64,000 nucleotides of DNA from Lama glama (taxonomy: Eukaryota), in NCBI GenBank assembly GCA_028534125.1, contig CM052817.1, positions 78,432,001 to 78,496,000 on the forward strand, in the 5' to 3' direction. The notes below the pieces were generated by a model. It was given only the letters and a program-made list of their open reading frames with translations. It made no database searches and was not told where the DNA came from. Shown here piece after piece: positions 40,310 through 52,984 of the stretch (position 1 is the stretch's first letter; each line of letters starts with the position of its first letter). A program made the translations under genes and the position numbers.

Positions 40310-41210
40310 GAATATGGAAATGCAAGATACTGAGAAAAATGTATCTGACAAAGGATATATTGTATATATTATATTTTCATAGTGTAATACAAACAGGCAA
40401 ACAATCCAATAAAATAGTCGAGATTTTTATACAGACACTTCAGAAAAGAAGATATATGAATGGTCAATTTGAGAAAAGATGCTCAAATGAAGTGCCACTA
40501 CATATTCACTAAGTGGTTAACATATAATAAATAATTTTAATGCCAAGTGTTAAGCATGTCTGAGTGTGAGTATAGTGACTAGAGCCCTCATACATTGCTG
40601 TGTATGTGTAAAATGATACTCTCATTTTGGAAAACTTCTTGGCAGTTCCCTATAAAGTTAAACACATACTTATCCCATGAGCTTGCAATGCTCCTTTTCA
40701 GTCTTTACTCTAAACGAATAAAGACCTATGGCCACAAAACATCATAAATGTGAATATTCATAGCAGATTTGTTCATAATAACCATAGACTGGAAACAACC
40801 CAAGTTTCCATCAATGGGTGAATAACGTGTGGTATATTCACACAGTGGATGACTACCCAACAATAAAAAGGGAACAATGTGCTGATATGTACAATAACAT
40901 GGAGGGAGCTCAAAAACATGATCCTAAGCAAAAGAAGCCTGACACAAAAGAGTACATCCTGTAGGGCTTCATCTATATGAAATCCCACAAATGAGAAATT
41001 CAATCTATAGTGAAAGAGAGCTTCTAGTGCTTGCCTGGGCCTGGGGGAAAAGGAAAAGGAATTTCCTGGGGTGTGATGGAAATGTTCTGTATCTTGACTG
41101 TGGTGATGTTACATAGTTACATAGCTTTGCTGTAACTCATATAATTAAATGCCTTAAATGGTGCATTTTATTACATGTTAATTATGCCTTAATACATTTG
41201 ATCAAAAAGG
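40310..41210 (+). mobile_element. Old L1 (L1MB/MC/ME) 3' end
   Basis: 'tatctgacaaagga', 'ctggaaacaacccaag' and 'gatggaaatgttctgtatcttgactgtggtg' are L1 3' motifs. Confidence 0.85.
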
Positions 41211-42594
41211 GAAAAATAATATTTGGGAGCTGAATATAAAACAATATGAAAGATAAAATTTGAACAATTTTAAAAGTAAACAAATATCTTTATGATCTCA
41301 GAGAGAGAAAGGGTTTCTCAAAAGCCACAAACCATAAAAAGAAAGACAAACAAAAAACCAGGACCTGTACACTCATTTCAGTCTCGCTCAAAGTTTGCCA
41401 CTTTGGTTCTCATCCATTTTGTTTACATTTCTTGAAGTTATTGTTAGTGTGTCTTCTTATCTAAGGAAACATTTTTGAGATTTCTTGACAAACACACTGA
41501 TGGTTCCACATGTCCGAATATGCTTTCTCTTCCTCCTCTCATTATTATAGATGGATTTTACATTTTAAACTTCCTTATATTAAGAAGGCTCACATGTCTT
41601 AGGGCCTTCAAAATCATTGTGGTGTAGTGGAAATATCAGGCAATTCAGGGTCACTATTCATTATGTGACCTTTGGTCACACTTAACATCTTTAAGCTCCA
41701 ATTTGTTTTGCTGTGAATTAAGATTTACTAGTGAGAATAACATGAACTAATAAATGTAAAAATATTTTGTAAATGAAACACACTATATAATTTGCTTATC
41801 CTCTCATCTCTATTCTTTATACTCATAAATTTCTTTCTTCTAGTCATTGAGGAAAATATCTTACTTCATGGAAATAGCTAATCCTGCCACCTACATTCAT
41901 TATTCCATTTCTTTTGAGTTTTTGGAGTCATTTACCCATAATTTTCTCCTATCTGGCTTGTATCTTCAATGATATGCTCTCTACGGGCTCTCCTTCTTTT
42001 GACAATATATTTCTATCTACCATGTACTACAACCCCCCCTAAAAGCAAACAAATAAGAAAAACCTTCTTACTAATCCTTAGACTTCCTCATCCTTGTACC
42101 CTATCTCTGTATCATCCTTTAATGTTACTACTTTCATAAATCCCTGTATCTCTATTTATCCTGCTGTACTTTAACTCTCACTCCTAATCCTAATCTGAAG
42201 TTGGATTTTTAAATATCCCAGCAATATCCCAATAATCACACAAGATAAATATTTTGAGAATTCTCACTATGCTCATCTTCTCTGCAGCTTTGGACTCTGT
42301 GAGCCACTCCCCTCCTTGATCATCACTTTGCTATTTCTCTGTTCTCATCCTATAAATGCCCTCCTCTGAACATCTGCCTTGATGTTTTGTACAAATACTT
42401 GTGTTTTCCTAGGGAGAGAGGTGTAATTCAGTCTAAACCTTAAATATCTGAGAAGAGTTGGGATTCTTTGATCAGATGCTCTGCCATAAGGATGAATGGC
42501 AGCATGGGGTAGAGAATTTGTAGAAAAATTTTAAAAAGCAAAATTTTTTGCACAACTGAATATGTATGAGTGAAATGTCCCACGTGGTAACACA

Positions 42595-42846
42595 CTGTAG
42601 TTCAAATGTTGGGATGCAACCCCATTAGTTAGCCAACAATTTTGTGTGTTGCATCCAGCATTTGCAAAATAAATAAAATGTAATTTAAAATAAAATAAAA
42701 TAGAAAATATAATGCATCATGCATAACAAGGGTAAATATTATTTTAAAGAATTTCTTTTCAGTTTTATACAGATGTATATGAATACTTGGTCACAACATA
42801 ATGTATTTCTTATTGTGGCCAGAGTTTCAAAAGTACGAAAACTCTT
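42595..42846. mobile_element. hAT-Charlie MITE (Charlie4a-like)
   Basis: Reads 'gcaacccattagt...gttgcatccagcattt...aagggtaaatatt...aatgtatttcttattgtgg'. Family named from memory. Confidence 0.5.
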
Positions 42847-43719
42847 ATTCTGAAAGGTAGATAATCGATGCTGAAGCATAACTTTATTTATTCCTCATAA
42901 AGGGACTGGAGATAGTTATTAACCAAAAAGGGTATGGAAGGGTCTTTTGTATGTATTTCTTTCACAGAATAGGGCCATTCCTAACATTCCCTTTGATGTA
43001 GAATGGGCTCTTGAGTCATCCGATGCTACAGTGTTTGCCCAAAGGCATCTAAGAGCCAAGATAGGTTTCATAGGCGAACTTAAGTGCAGATGATTTCCAG
43101 AACTCAAATGATTATTTATTACACATGACTGAGAAGTCAGGAATCTAGATTACTGCATCCAAGCCATGAAAACAAAACCCCTAATACAGCTGGGTCCTTA
43201 ATTCCAGTCACAGACTTTCCCACCTAACCAGTGGTATTTATACAGGTGCAATAGGAGTGTTAGTTAGTTATAACACATATCACCCCTTGCCCAGCCAAGA
43301 CAAATCAAGGGCTATATGAATATCCATGATAATTCTTGCTAATAAATTAAAATTAGTTTGGGGGGCACCTCAAGAGAACTTGCAGTGTTACTAATAACCT
43401 TTTCCTGGGTTAGAAACAAATTTCTTCCATTTTTTCCAATTCAATTATACTTATCGTTGGAATGACAGTCCATGCACTACACGTGGAGTGGGAACCTGAC
43501 TTCCTCATGTACTTCTTCATGTAGTTCTCCTGAGAAGTCCTTGTTTTACTCACTTTGCAGGTATCTGGGTATCCTCTGAAAGTCTTTAGCTACTGTATAC
43601 ACAAGAGATTTTTGTGCATATTAAGTAATTAAAGCCAGGGGTCCACATAAGAAGTAGGGCACAGGTTATCAGAAAAGGAGTGAGTCAACAATCAATCCCC
43701 AGCCCTGGCTGGCAGATTT

Positions 43720-44712
43720 TTTTTTAATTTATTCAGTCATTTATTTTTTTTTAACATTTTTTATTGATTTATAATCATTTTACAATGTTGTGTCAAATTC
43801 CAGTGTTCAGCACAATTTTTCAGTCATTCATGGACATATACACACTCATTGTCACATTTTTTTCTCTGTGATTTATCATAACACNNNNNNNNNNNNNNNN
43901 NNNNNNNNNNNNNNNNNNNNNNNNNNNNNNNNNNNNNNNNNNNNNNNNNNNNNNNNNNNNNNNNNNNNNNNNNNNNNNNNNNNNNNNNNNNNNNNNNNNN
44001 NNNNNNNNNNNNNNNNNNNNNNNNNNNNNNNNNNNNNNNNNNNNNNNNNNNNNNNNNNNNNNNNNNNNNNNNNNNNNNNNNNNNNNNNNNNNNNNNNNNN
44101 NNNNNNNNNNNNNNNNNNNNNNNNNNNNNNNNNNNNNNNNNNNNNNNNNNNNNNNNNNNNNNNNNNNNNNNNNNNNNNNNNNNNNNNNNNNNNNNNNNNN
44201 NNNNNNNNNNNNNNNNNNNNNNNNNNNNNNNNNNNNNNNNNNNNNNNNNNNNNNNNNNNNNNNNNNNNNNNNNNNNNNNNNNNNNNNNNNNNNNNNNNNN
44301 NNNNNNNNNNNNNNNNNNNNNNNNNNNNNNNNNNNNNNNNNNNNNNNNNNNNNNNNNNNNNNNNNNNNNNNNNNNNNNNNNNNNCCTAGTCTTTTGAGGA
44401 ATCTCCACACTGTTTTCCATAGTGGCTGCACCAAACTGCATTCCCACCAGCAGTGTAGGAGGGTTCCCCTTTCTCCACAGCCTCTCCAGCATTTGTCATT
44501 TTTGGATTTTTGAATGACGGCCATTCTGACTGGTGTGAGGTGATACCTCATTGTAGTTTTGATTTGCATTTCTCTGATAATTAATGATATTGAGCATTTT
44601 TTCATGTGTCTGTTGATCATTTGTATGTCTTCCTTGGAGAATTGCTTGTTTAGGTCTTCTGCCCATATTTGGATTGGGTTGTTTATTTTTTTCTTATTGA
44701 GTCGTATGAGCT
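43720..44712 (-). mobile_element. Young 5'-truncated L1 (camelid-type), spanning a gap
   Basis: Open ORF2 C-terminus [40 protein letters not shown]...[18 protein letters not shown] (CCHC) with a poly-T tail. 10-bp TSD tggcagattt at 43710-43719 and 44713-44722. Confidence 0.93.
43885..44384. other. Assembly gap (500 N)
   Basis: Run of N. Confidence 1.
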
Positions 44713-44768
44713 TGGCAGATTTCTTGAGTGGAATTAAATAGTTCCTACAAAGCTGGCTGGAGAATATT

Positions 44769-44769
44769 A

Positions 44770-44800
<31 letters not shown>

Positions 44801-44815
44801 TAATAGTAATAGTAA
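44769..44815. repeat. (TAA)n microsatellite
   Basis: Read directly from the sequence. Confidence 0.9.
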
Positions 44816-45046
44816 CAGGCTACTACAGCCAAAATGATTGATCCAGTATCTATTCTCAACCTGGTGAGGTCAAGGCCACTGAAATGGCTGTATAGATTTC
44901 AGTGGAAGTATTTTGTTGATGTGTGGTCAGTGTTTAATTTTTCTAAGGCTGAAGATTTGCTTAATAATGTGAGGAAATTTCAAGTACTTGGAGAGACCGT
45001 TGAAAGGGAATGTGCTCTCTGGTAGATATCTAAACTAAATAGCTAT

Positions 45047-45296
45047 TTTGAAATCCCAGTCTGTCCCTTCCCACCCCCCAGAACAGATAAACAAGATTAT
45101 ATTGTATAGCACAGGGAAATATATACAAGATCTTATGGTAGCTCACAGCGAAAAAAAATGTGGCAATGAATATATGTATGTTCATGTATAACTGAAAAAT
45201 TGTACCCTACACTGGAATTTGACACAACATTGTAAGATGACTATAACTTAATAAAAAAACGTTTAAAAAGAAAAGAAAAACAAAACAAACAAAAAC
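45047..45296 (+). mobile_element. Short L1 3' end with probable 5' inversion
   Basis: 12-bp TSD ctaaatagctat at 45035-45046 and 45297-45308. 45080-45296 is L1 3' UTR plus an A tail; 45047-45079 reads as inverted G-rich UTR. Confidence 0.85.
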
Positions 45297-46044
45297 CTAA
45301 ATAGCTATGAAATTTTTGTTAGCAGGATCAGGTGGAAGAATGACAAATCCAGTAATCCATTAGATCCTCTCTTTTTTGGTGGCAGAGAAAGGCATGGGAA
45401 GCCAAACTTCTAAAAGTGAGTGTTATGTGTAAAAATATATCGATAAATCATTTTGGGCAAGTCTCGGGGTTACCAGAGTGCAAGAGCAAGTAAGAATAAC
45501 AATAAAGAAAGGCTAAACAGGATACCAGTGATATCAGAAAAATAATCTTGTTGCATCATCTAAGATGGAAGCTGACCACTTTGTCTTATCATCAGCTTGA
45601 TTTAAAGATCTTGGGTTAAAGACCTTGTTCTGATTATTTTCTGCCTTCTGGATTCTTAAGAATCCTTGGTTTAATGTGTCCTGATGAGATGGATGTCCAA
45701 TGGTCTAGAGAAAATTATTTTTTGCTTTTTTAACGAGAAAACAGGAATCCAAGAAGTCCTAGGAGCTTACCATGGCACTTTGTTAACAGTATCTGATCAA
45801 GTCTTTTAAATCAAATTTTGAAGGCAATCTCCTTCTAGAAGACTAAATCTCTGGGTTTTAGATCATTCAGAGACTGTAGTAGGATGGGGAGGAGTATGGG
45901 GAGGCTGCTCATACTTGTTGATGCTAAGAGTGGGTATGTGCAGAAGTCCGTTAAAGTATTTGGCTGTATCAGCTTGCAGGATATACACAGGATTGAAAGT
46001 GACATTCCTAAAGACATGCAACAGCCTCTTATTAATGTAAAAGA

Positions 46045-46200
46045 ACAAAGCTGATGAATCCCAAATGTAATCTTAACTGCTACTTGCAGCTGTGTGACTG
46101 CCAGGGAGTCACTTAATGTCGCTGAGCCTCAGTATCCTGACCTAAAGGTAGGCATAAAAGGCCTTTAATAGTGTGAAGAGCTAAGATTGTGTGTTTTAAG
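46045..46200 (+). mobile_element. MIR relic
   Basis: 'tacttgcagctgtgtgact...agtcacttaatgtcgctgagcctcagtatcc'. Confidence 0.6.
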
Positions 46201-49200
46201 TTTTACGTGATGAAGAAACTGGACATTAAAATATCCAAGATTGCTTTTATTGCTTAAAATTGAAAGCATGAAAGAACTTTTGTGTAACACTCATAGTGGA
46301 AGATTTTACCATCCAGGAAAAATAACCGATTTTTACTACTCCTGAAAGGCATTTCTTAAATTCTACCTAATTTGCTAAAAGTTCTGTTAAATTTAAGCTT
46401 TAATGAAATCCTCTTGAGTTAAGCATTGTTGAATACATAAAATGTTGCTCTTGTGTTTCGCTTTTTCGTTTTCACCAAATACTATTTTTTAGTGCTCTCA
46501 GGCAAGTAAAGAGTACAGGGAGTTACTTGTATTCTGAGTCACAGAATTTTATGATTCAAAGGAACATTAGGGAATCTCTAATCCAACCCCTCATTTTATA
46601 CTGAGAAAGGGAATTTCCTAAAAAAGGAAATGACTTTCACTCACAGCCAGTGGGCAAAGCCCTTCAGTTGTTGACTCCCAGTTCAGTACAACCAGCTGAG
46701 ACCTTGTTCCCATACAGCCCAGCTTCATGACAGTGTCTACCCTCTTATCAGTTTACATGGATCTCTGGGATAGAGCACCTAGTGACATAGGAAATGAAAA
46801 CTTAACAGTTACAATATTAGATAACATCAGTGTTTTTCCCCCCATAGAATTGTTAATATTTCTACAAGTAAATTAAAAAAAAATTTCTTAGTGGAACTTT
46901 TTCTTGTCGTCCATCTTGCATTTATTGTCACCCCAGTGCCTTTCTTCTAAGAACCCAGCTCTGGCATTCAAGAACGGAGCAATAAAACATCTCACCCTCA
47001 ACTTATTCTTTTGGGTTAGATTTATATCTTCATTTGGAAGGAAATAAGAGGATAGCTTTTGGTCTGTAAAGTTTTATACTTACTCTTAAAGCAGCCCATG
47101 CCATTAACTTACTGCTAAAATTCTGGTTTGATCCACTATTATTTGAAATCCCCCAAGCCTGTATCTTAGAGACAGGAAAAAAACCGAACAAACAAAGCAA
47201 AAATCAAAACCTTCCAGTTTCACCCCTGACTGTTTGCAATGGTGTAAGAAACTAGCACTGGCCTGTTTCATGGCTCCCACTAATATCACTGCAGCACAGG
47301 AGGCTCAGACGCTCCCTGGAGAGCCCCTTGCTGGTGTCATCCTGCTCTTGCTCTGCAACGGCTGGCTCCCCTGGACTCCTCTGCATTACTCCACGTGTGA
47401 GCAAGCCCATCAGCAGCATCCTCTCTGACGAGGCCACCCTTCTCCTTTTGTGTTGCTGTGGCTCGTTCTCACTTTGAAGCATGAGGGGAATGTAGAGCCT
47501 CTGTTTCTGCACCAGCTCTGGCATTTATCAGTCCTCATTGCCTTTAGCTTTGGCAAGTGATGTTTTTAGTTTCACTCAGAGGCTTGCAAACAACGGGGGC
47601 CTTGTAAGTTTCACACAGTTGTTATTAATGATGATTGCTCCTCGGCCCCTCAGTAAGTAAGAGGGGGTCGGAATTTGTTTACCAAAAGAAAACAGACTTT
47701 GATTAGACATGGAATGTCTTAAAGTGCGGCTGAAAGGAGAACTGATTTATAGGCTAATCTCTCATTTTAATGTTATTATTATAAATTGGTAAATGCTATT
47801 TCTAAAGTCATGCTCCACATATTTTTAATGATCAATGTTATTGCAAGTTGGAAACGTGTTGGGGAGTAGAAGTCTATGGTAAGTACACTCTAACCAATGA
47901 AATCTGACATTTTTATTTGCATGGAGTTTTGATCATTGAAAATTTTTTAAGAAGTAATTACGACTATCAGCTAGCTAATTTTGCAATTGTGCCAGTGAAT
48001 GGAGTAGCCAAATAAAGGAAATATTGTAGAGAAAAGCCTTACTTAGCAATCAACTTATGTTTTAAGTCCTTTTCTCTGTATCCCCAAAATGTCACCACCA
48101 CCCTATGAATCATATCTCTGGAAGTAAGAAACTTAACTTCTTCCTCAAACTCTGTATACTACATAGTCATTCCTCCTAGAGACCAAGTTTAATCCAAGAC
48201 CTTTTCTAGATTACAAGTGTTTGTTCTTATTTGTATCCTCGGCACCTAGTAAAACATAGATTCACAAGTGCTCAGTGAAATTGGTTGAATCCAGTTGAAA
48301 AAATTTCCTAGGGTCTTATACTATCTTGCAGTCTAGTTAACTGGGCACACATTTTATTTTTGCAACTACATTATAAACTCTGGGAGGGAAGGCATCTTGT
48401 TTTATACATCTTTGTATCCTCTTCATTCCATAGTATTTTATTATGCACTTAGAATGCCTTAATTAACTATTTGCTGAATTAAAAACGTGAATTAAAAAAA
48501 AAGCCTTTGAATAGTAATCAAGGAACAGCCTCTGTAACTTGCTGTGCAACCCTGAGCAGCCGGCTTCATCACTCTGAGACTGTCTCTTTAGCTTTAAATT
48601 TAGGATGTTTGGATTAGCTGAGAGAGCTCTTCTAGGATTAATTATCTACAGTGGTCTCCCTCTCTCTCTCTCTCTCTGTGGTTTTATGACTTGCTAGAAG
48701 TTACTTGGTGTGGAGGGGTGAGATTGTTTCCATTCTGTTTCTGAATTGCTGACAAAGTATATTGTTCATTTCTCATCATTTGAATCCATCTGCTTCATAA
48801 CACTGCAGATTTACAACTCTTGTTTCAAGGCACCCACATTATCTATATTGTAAATGTGGAGGATCACAGAATGTTTTTATTAAGTGAGGACTGAAACAGC
48901 AGGACCATTACATAAGCTTCTCAGAACAGGCATGTGTTAAAGAAACTAATCACAGAAGCTCAAGTCATGACATTAAGCAGACCCCAAAGAGGGGCATTTA
49001 CCCTTTACTTGCAAACAGTCATTTTTAGTTGGCCCTTGGTAGAGTATAATGTTTGGATAATACATTTAAATGGTAAGGTTTGCCAGCTCCCAATGCCTAG
49101 GTTATTACTAATGCATACTTTTTCTTTTTTTATCGCAGTGATAAATTTTCCATGGTTATTTTGTGATATGGGCAATAGGAAGTCATTGAATTTTTACAGT

Positions 49201-51974
49201 TTCAAAATGCATATGCTTTCCAAGACCATGTTATAGCTATGTTTTCCAGGGACTCCATTCTGATTTGTAAGCAGGCAAAGGCAATGTAAGGGGAAACTTT
49301 ATTAAAACTAATGTCAACATAAAGAAAAAAAAATTGAAGGCTAAGAGTTTCTTATCTGAAATCAGGTTAAGTTTCAGTGCAGTTTCCTCTTTTGATCCTG
49401 ATGTCTGCAGTGGTGTCAGCAACCTTGAGTTTATTTATGGCTCCTTGGTATAATCTAACTATGTGTGAACGCCTGGTACCAGGCTTCCCTGAATGCCTTG
49501 GTTATAAAGGTCAGTCCAGAGCAGAATTATAGGGGGGAAATAGCTATCTTTACTCTGCTCTGTTTGACCTAGCAATAACATACCTAGCCAGATTTAGAAG
49601 TGGGCTTCTACAGGAGATGAAAATTTAGAGGTCGATATATAGGCATATATTTTATTGACATATGTACCTAAATAGGTATTTAAATATGGTAAGTTGAATT
49701 TGGGAAGAGGTGATTAAGGTCAAAAATAGTAAAAATCAAAAGGATTGCAATGGCCCCAGACAGCAATTTTCAGTCATATCATTGGATCTGCAATCAAGGC
49801 TAACGCCATAATCAAGGAAAGAAAGTCAATGACCTAGAGGTAGTTTCCACATTCTTGAGTTTCTGGCACTTAGATTTTAAGAAAACTCAACTGACTCTCT
49901 TAAAATTTGGACTTAATACTTGGTAAAATTTTCTTAAACGAGAGAGTCTTTACCTAAACTTGAAGATCAAATATTAAATACAGCTGAAATAACACCCTTA
50001 AAGGTTGTCTTGTTTGGTAGCTTCTTTCTTTTATCAGTTGAAAATGATGAAAAGATATTTGTTTGGGTTTCTCAATCCTATTTGCTCTGCTAAAACAACA
50101 TTGCAGCCAAAAGACCCTAATGAAAGTTTCCCTGTGACAAGCCTAAACAATGATCCAATAGGAATGAAAGACCAAACTAATGAGAAAATGATGTAAAAGG
50201 CCAGCTTTCTGCTCTCCCCACAAGGATTTTAATTACAGGGAAATCAACAGCTGTGCCAGGGGTAACACAGGAGTGCTGGCCATGCAAAATAACACCTTGG
50301 AGTGGAATGAATTTAAAGTAAATGGGCTGGAAATATTGGTTTTCCAAGCGATCAACAACAACACATGAGGGGAAACATCGAGACTTTAATTTGGTCAAGT
50401 GTGCTGATTCCAGACTTCTCTGGAGCATCTGACTCCCATGAATGTGCAGATTCCTGTGATCCCTGATGAAATGGGAAAATAACCTTTCACATAAACTTCC
50501 GTCACAAACCTGGGAAAGCAAGATGGCGTCCTGCCTGGGATCTCAAAAGCCCTCTGTACTCTCCCCACTGGTGGCGTGCATGTTCTCTTGACTCTGACTC
50601 ACCATAGGAGTACGGTATTAGTCTTTGTTGTCACTGCTTTTCGTATGTCTCAGCTTATACAGAACATTTTAAATAAAACTGTTTTTCTCAGATTAAGAGG
50701 GCTTATATCCTTTTCTCTTCCTGATCCTTCTTGTATGAGGGTTATAGTTGAACTTGCATAAAGAACCTAAAGCCTGCCCTTATTAATCAGCCCCCTAATG
50801 AGAAGGCCAGATTTGCTGATGAGCATCTAAAACACTGTTGTGTCAACCGAGAGTATCATGGGTTTTCTCAAATGGGCTCAACGTAATAAAATAATGCAAA
50901 ATCCAAAGGAAAGAAGAAGCTTTTTTTCAGCTTTTGTGATGAAACAGAAAACCTGACCTTATTTTTTGTGTGATGATTATTTTACCCTTGATCCACTTCT
51001 TGAATGTGCTGTTACACGTTGCAAAATGAAACAGAATCAGTCACGCTGAGGGGAGAGACTAGCACTTTAGTTCACCAGTAAGGAGCATGGCAAGGTGTAG
51101 CCCTCTGTACTCTGGGCCCTCCTGTCTTGGGGACAGACAACTGTCCATGTGCGGTGACTCTGCCCTGTCCCTCGGGGCTCTCTCTGCTCAGGAAGCAGCT
51201 TTGGGAAGTGAAAAAAAGTCCTCTGTGTTGGAATCAGACTTGAGTTCAAGGCTCAGCTGTATGAGTTTTGCAGTTTGCTTAACCTTTCTGAGCCTGGGTT
51301 TGCTTAACTAAGCACCTTGTCCCTGGTGAACTTCTTCATAGGTGGAGGAGCTGACACTGAAACTTAAAGCTGTCTGACTTTAAGCTTGTGCTAATTTAAG
51401 TTTTATTTGCTTGGCGAAGATGTGTGTCTCACATGTAGTCAGTATAGATGGGCTTAAATATACACAGCTTTCATTAAAAATTTCCTTCCCGAATGCTTTG
51501 CAAAATTCTAGCTGCTGCTTACTTCATAACAAGATGGCCCTGAGGTACCATAATGCTGGGCTCTGGCTGAATGTCCTATGGCCGTGGTCGAGCTGCAGTT
51601 CCCATCTGCTCCCAAGACCCAGGTTCTGCTGTACCCCGAGCCCGAGAGGGACATGCTGAGGGGAAGGACGTCTACCTTTTAACATGTGTGCAAATGTCAG
51701 AATCAAAGTCATGGTCCTTTTCTTATTTTACATAAATTTATATCATAATGATTGAAACTGCTTCTAAAGAATCAGATGCCTTCTTCTTCCTTTCCTGACC
51801 AGGCTGAAATATCTGGGACTCAGAAAATATTTGGGCACCTCTCTGCTGGCTGTATATTGCTACTGCTGGAGCTAGAAGTTAACCTCAGTAGGCACTTGCC
51901 TCAACTTGATTGTCAGAAAGAATAGTTTAGCGTTCAGTAGACTATTAGACTTTCTGGAAGGGGAGTGACCATGT

Positions 51975-52975
51975 CCGGTTTTTCCCTCTGATATACCCAA
52001 TCATAGAACCAGCCATTTCCCCAAGAAGCCCTGATTCCTTTATGGAGAATGGTACTAGAGACTGCTATGGCCCGAGTGTGCCCACTCCAGAATTCTCACG
52101 TCGAAAACCTAATACCCAAAGTGGGGCCTTTGGAGTATGAGTAGGTCACTAGGTCAAGATTAGGTCACGAGCCCACATGAGTGGGACTAGTGCCCTTATA
52201 AAAGCGGCTTCAGAGAGCCAGCTCATCCCTTCTGCTGAGTGAGGACACAGCAAGAAGTTGACTTCTACAACCCTTAAGAGGGCTCCAGAACTTAAGAGCT
52301 TCCAGAAGTGCAGGAAGTACACTTCTGCATTTATAAGCTCCCCAGTATGGCATTTTGTTACAGCAGTGCAGGTAGACTGACAGAAACCAAGAACTGGGTG
52401 ACAGCTGTGCTTATTGCTCCTGGGGCGTCATTGCTTTGATGCTCTCTCACTGCCAGAGCACAGAGATATGTGTGTACACTAATCCACGCACATACACATA
52501 CGGGTAACATTTTCTATCTGTTACCATCCATATCTGTACTATTCTAAACACATGTTTATACTGGCATCTCCAACTCAATTTCATCACCACATGGATTATT
52601 CTAGCCTCCTCTCCTTGTGTTCATCAGTAAACTCCCATTTCAACAGTGAGAAATCTTCCTCCCCCACTGCCATACATTTACCCAGTTGTCCAGTTCCAGT
52701 ATATATGTATCACGGTTCAGAATTGTTAATACTTACCCTCATGGGAAACGACTTCATCCACTGGACTGTAAGGCTCGTGTAAGTTTCTTTTGCTTAGTCT
52801 TACAAATTCCATTCATTTCCAGAGGTACTGAGGTCAGCAGCCTTTCCCATGCATCCCTCTCAGTGGGGTTGTTTCATGCATTTATAATACAGTTAGATCC
52901 TCTGGCCAAAACTGGTATTCTTTTCTCGGATCCCCTCACCTCCTAAGCGATTTCTTAAAATTTGCATACATTAAA
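51975..52975 (-). mobile_element. Old L1MC-type 3' region, interrupted by MLT1
   Basis: 'aaccagccatttccccaagaagccctgattcc...gaatggtactaga|aaccaagaactggg' continues across the MLT insertion. Confidence 0.6.
52063..52382 (+). mobile_element. MaLR solo LTR (MLT1A/MST-like)
   Basis: Reads tgctatgg...gtgcccttataaaag...tgaggacacagcaagaag...tttgttacagcag...gactgaca. 5-bp TSD gagac/gaaac. Confidence 0.85.
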
Positions 52976-52984
52976 CTGTTCCGT

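Noticed and set aside
43790..44620. Long ORFs of 199-266 aa
   Set aside because: Mostly N gap; the real part is L1 ORF2.
50519..50578. YY1-like CAAGATGGCG and a CTCF-like ccactggtggcg
   Set aside because: The CTCF match fails several core positions, and a single short motif is not supportable without chromatin data.
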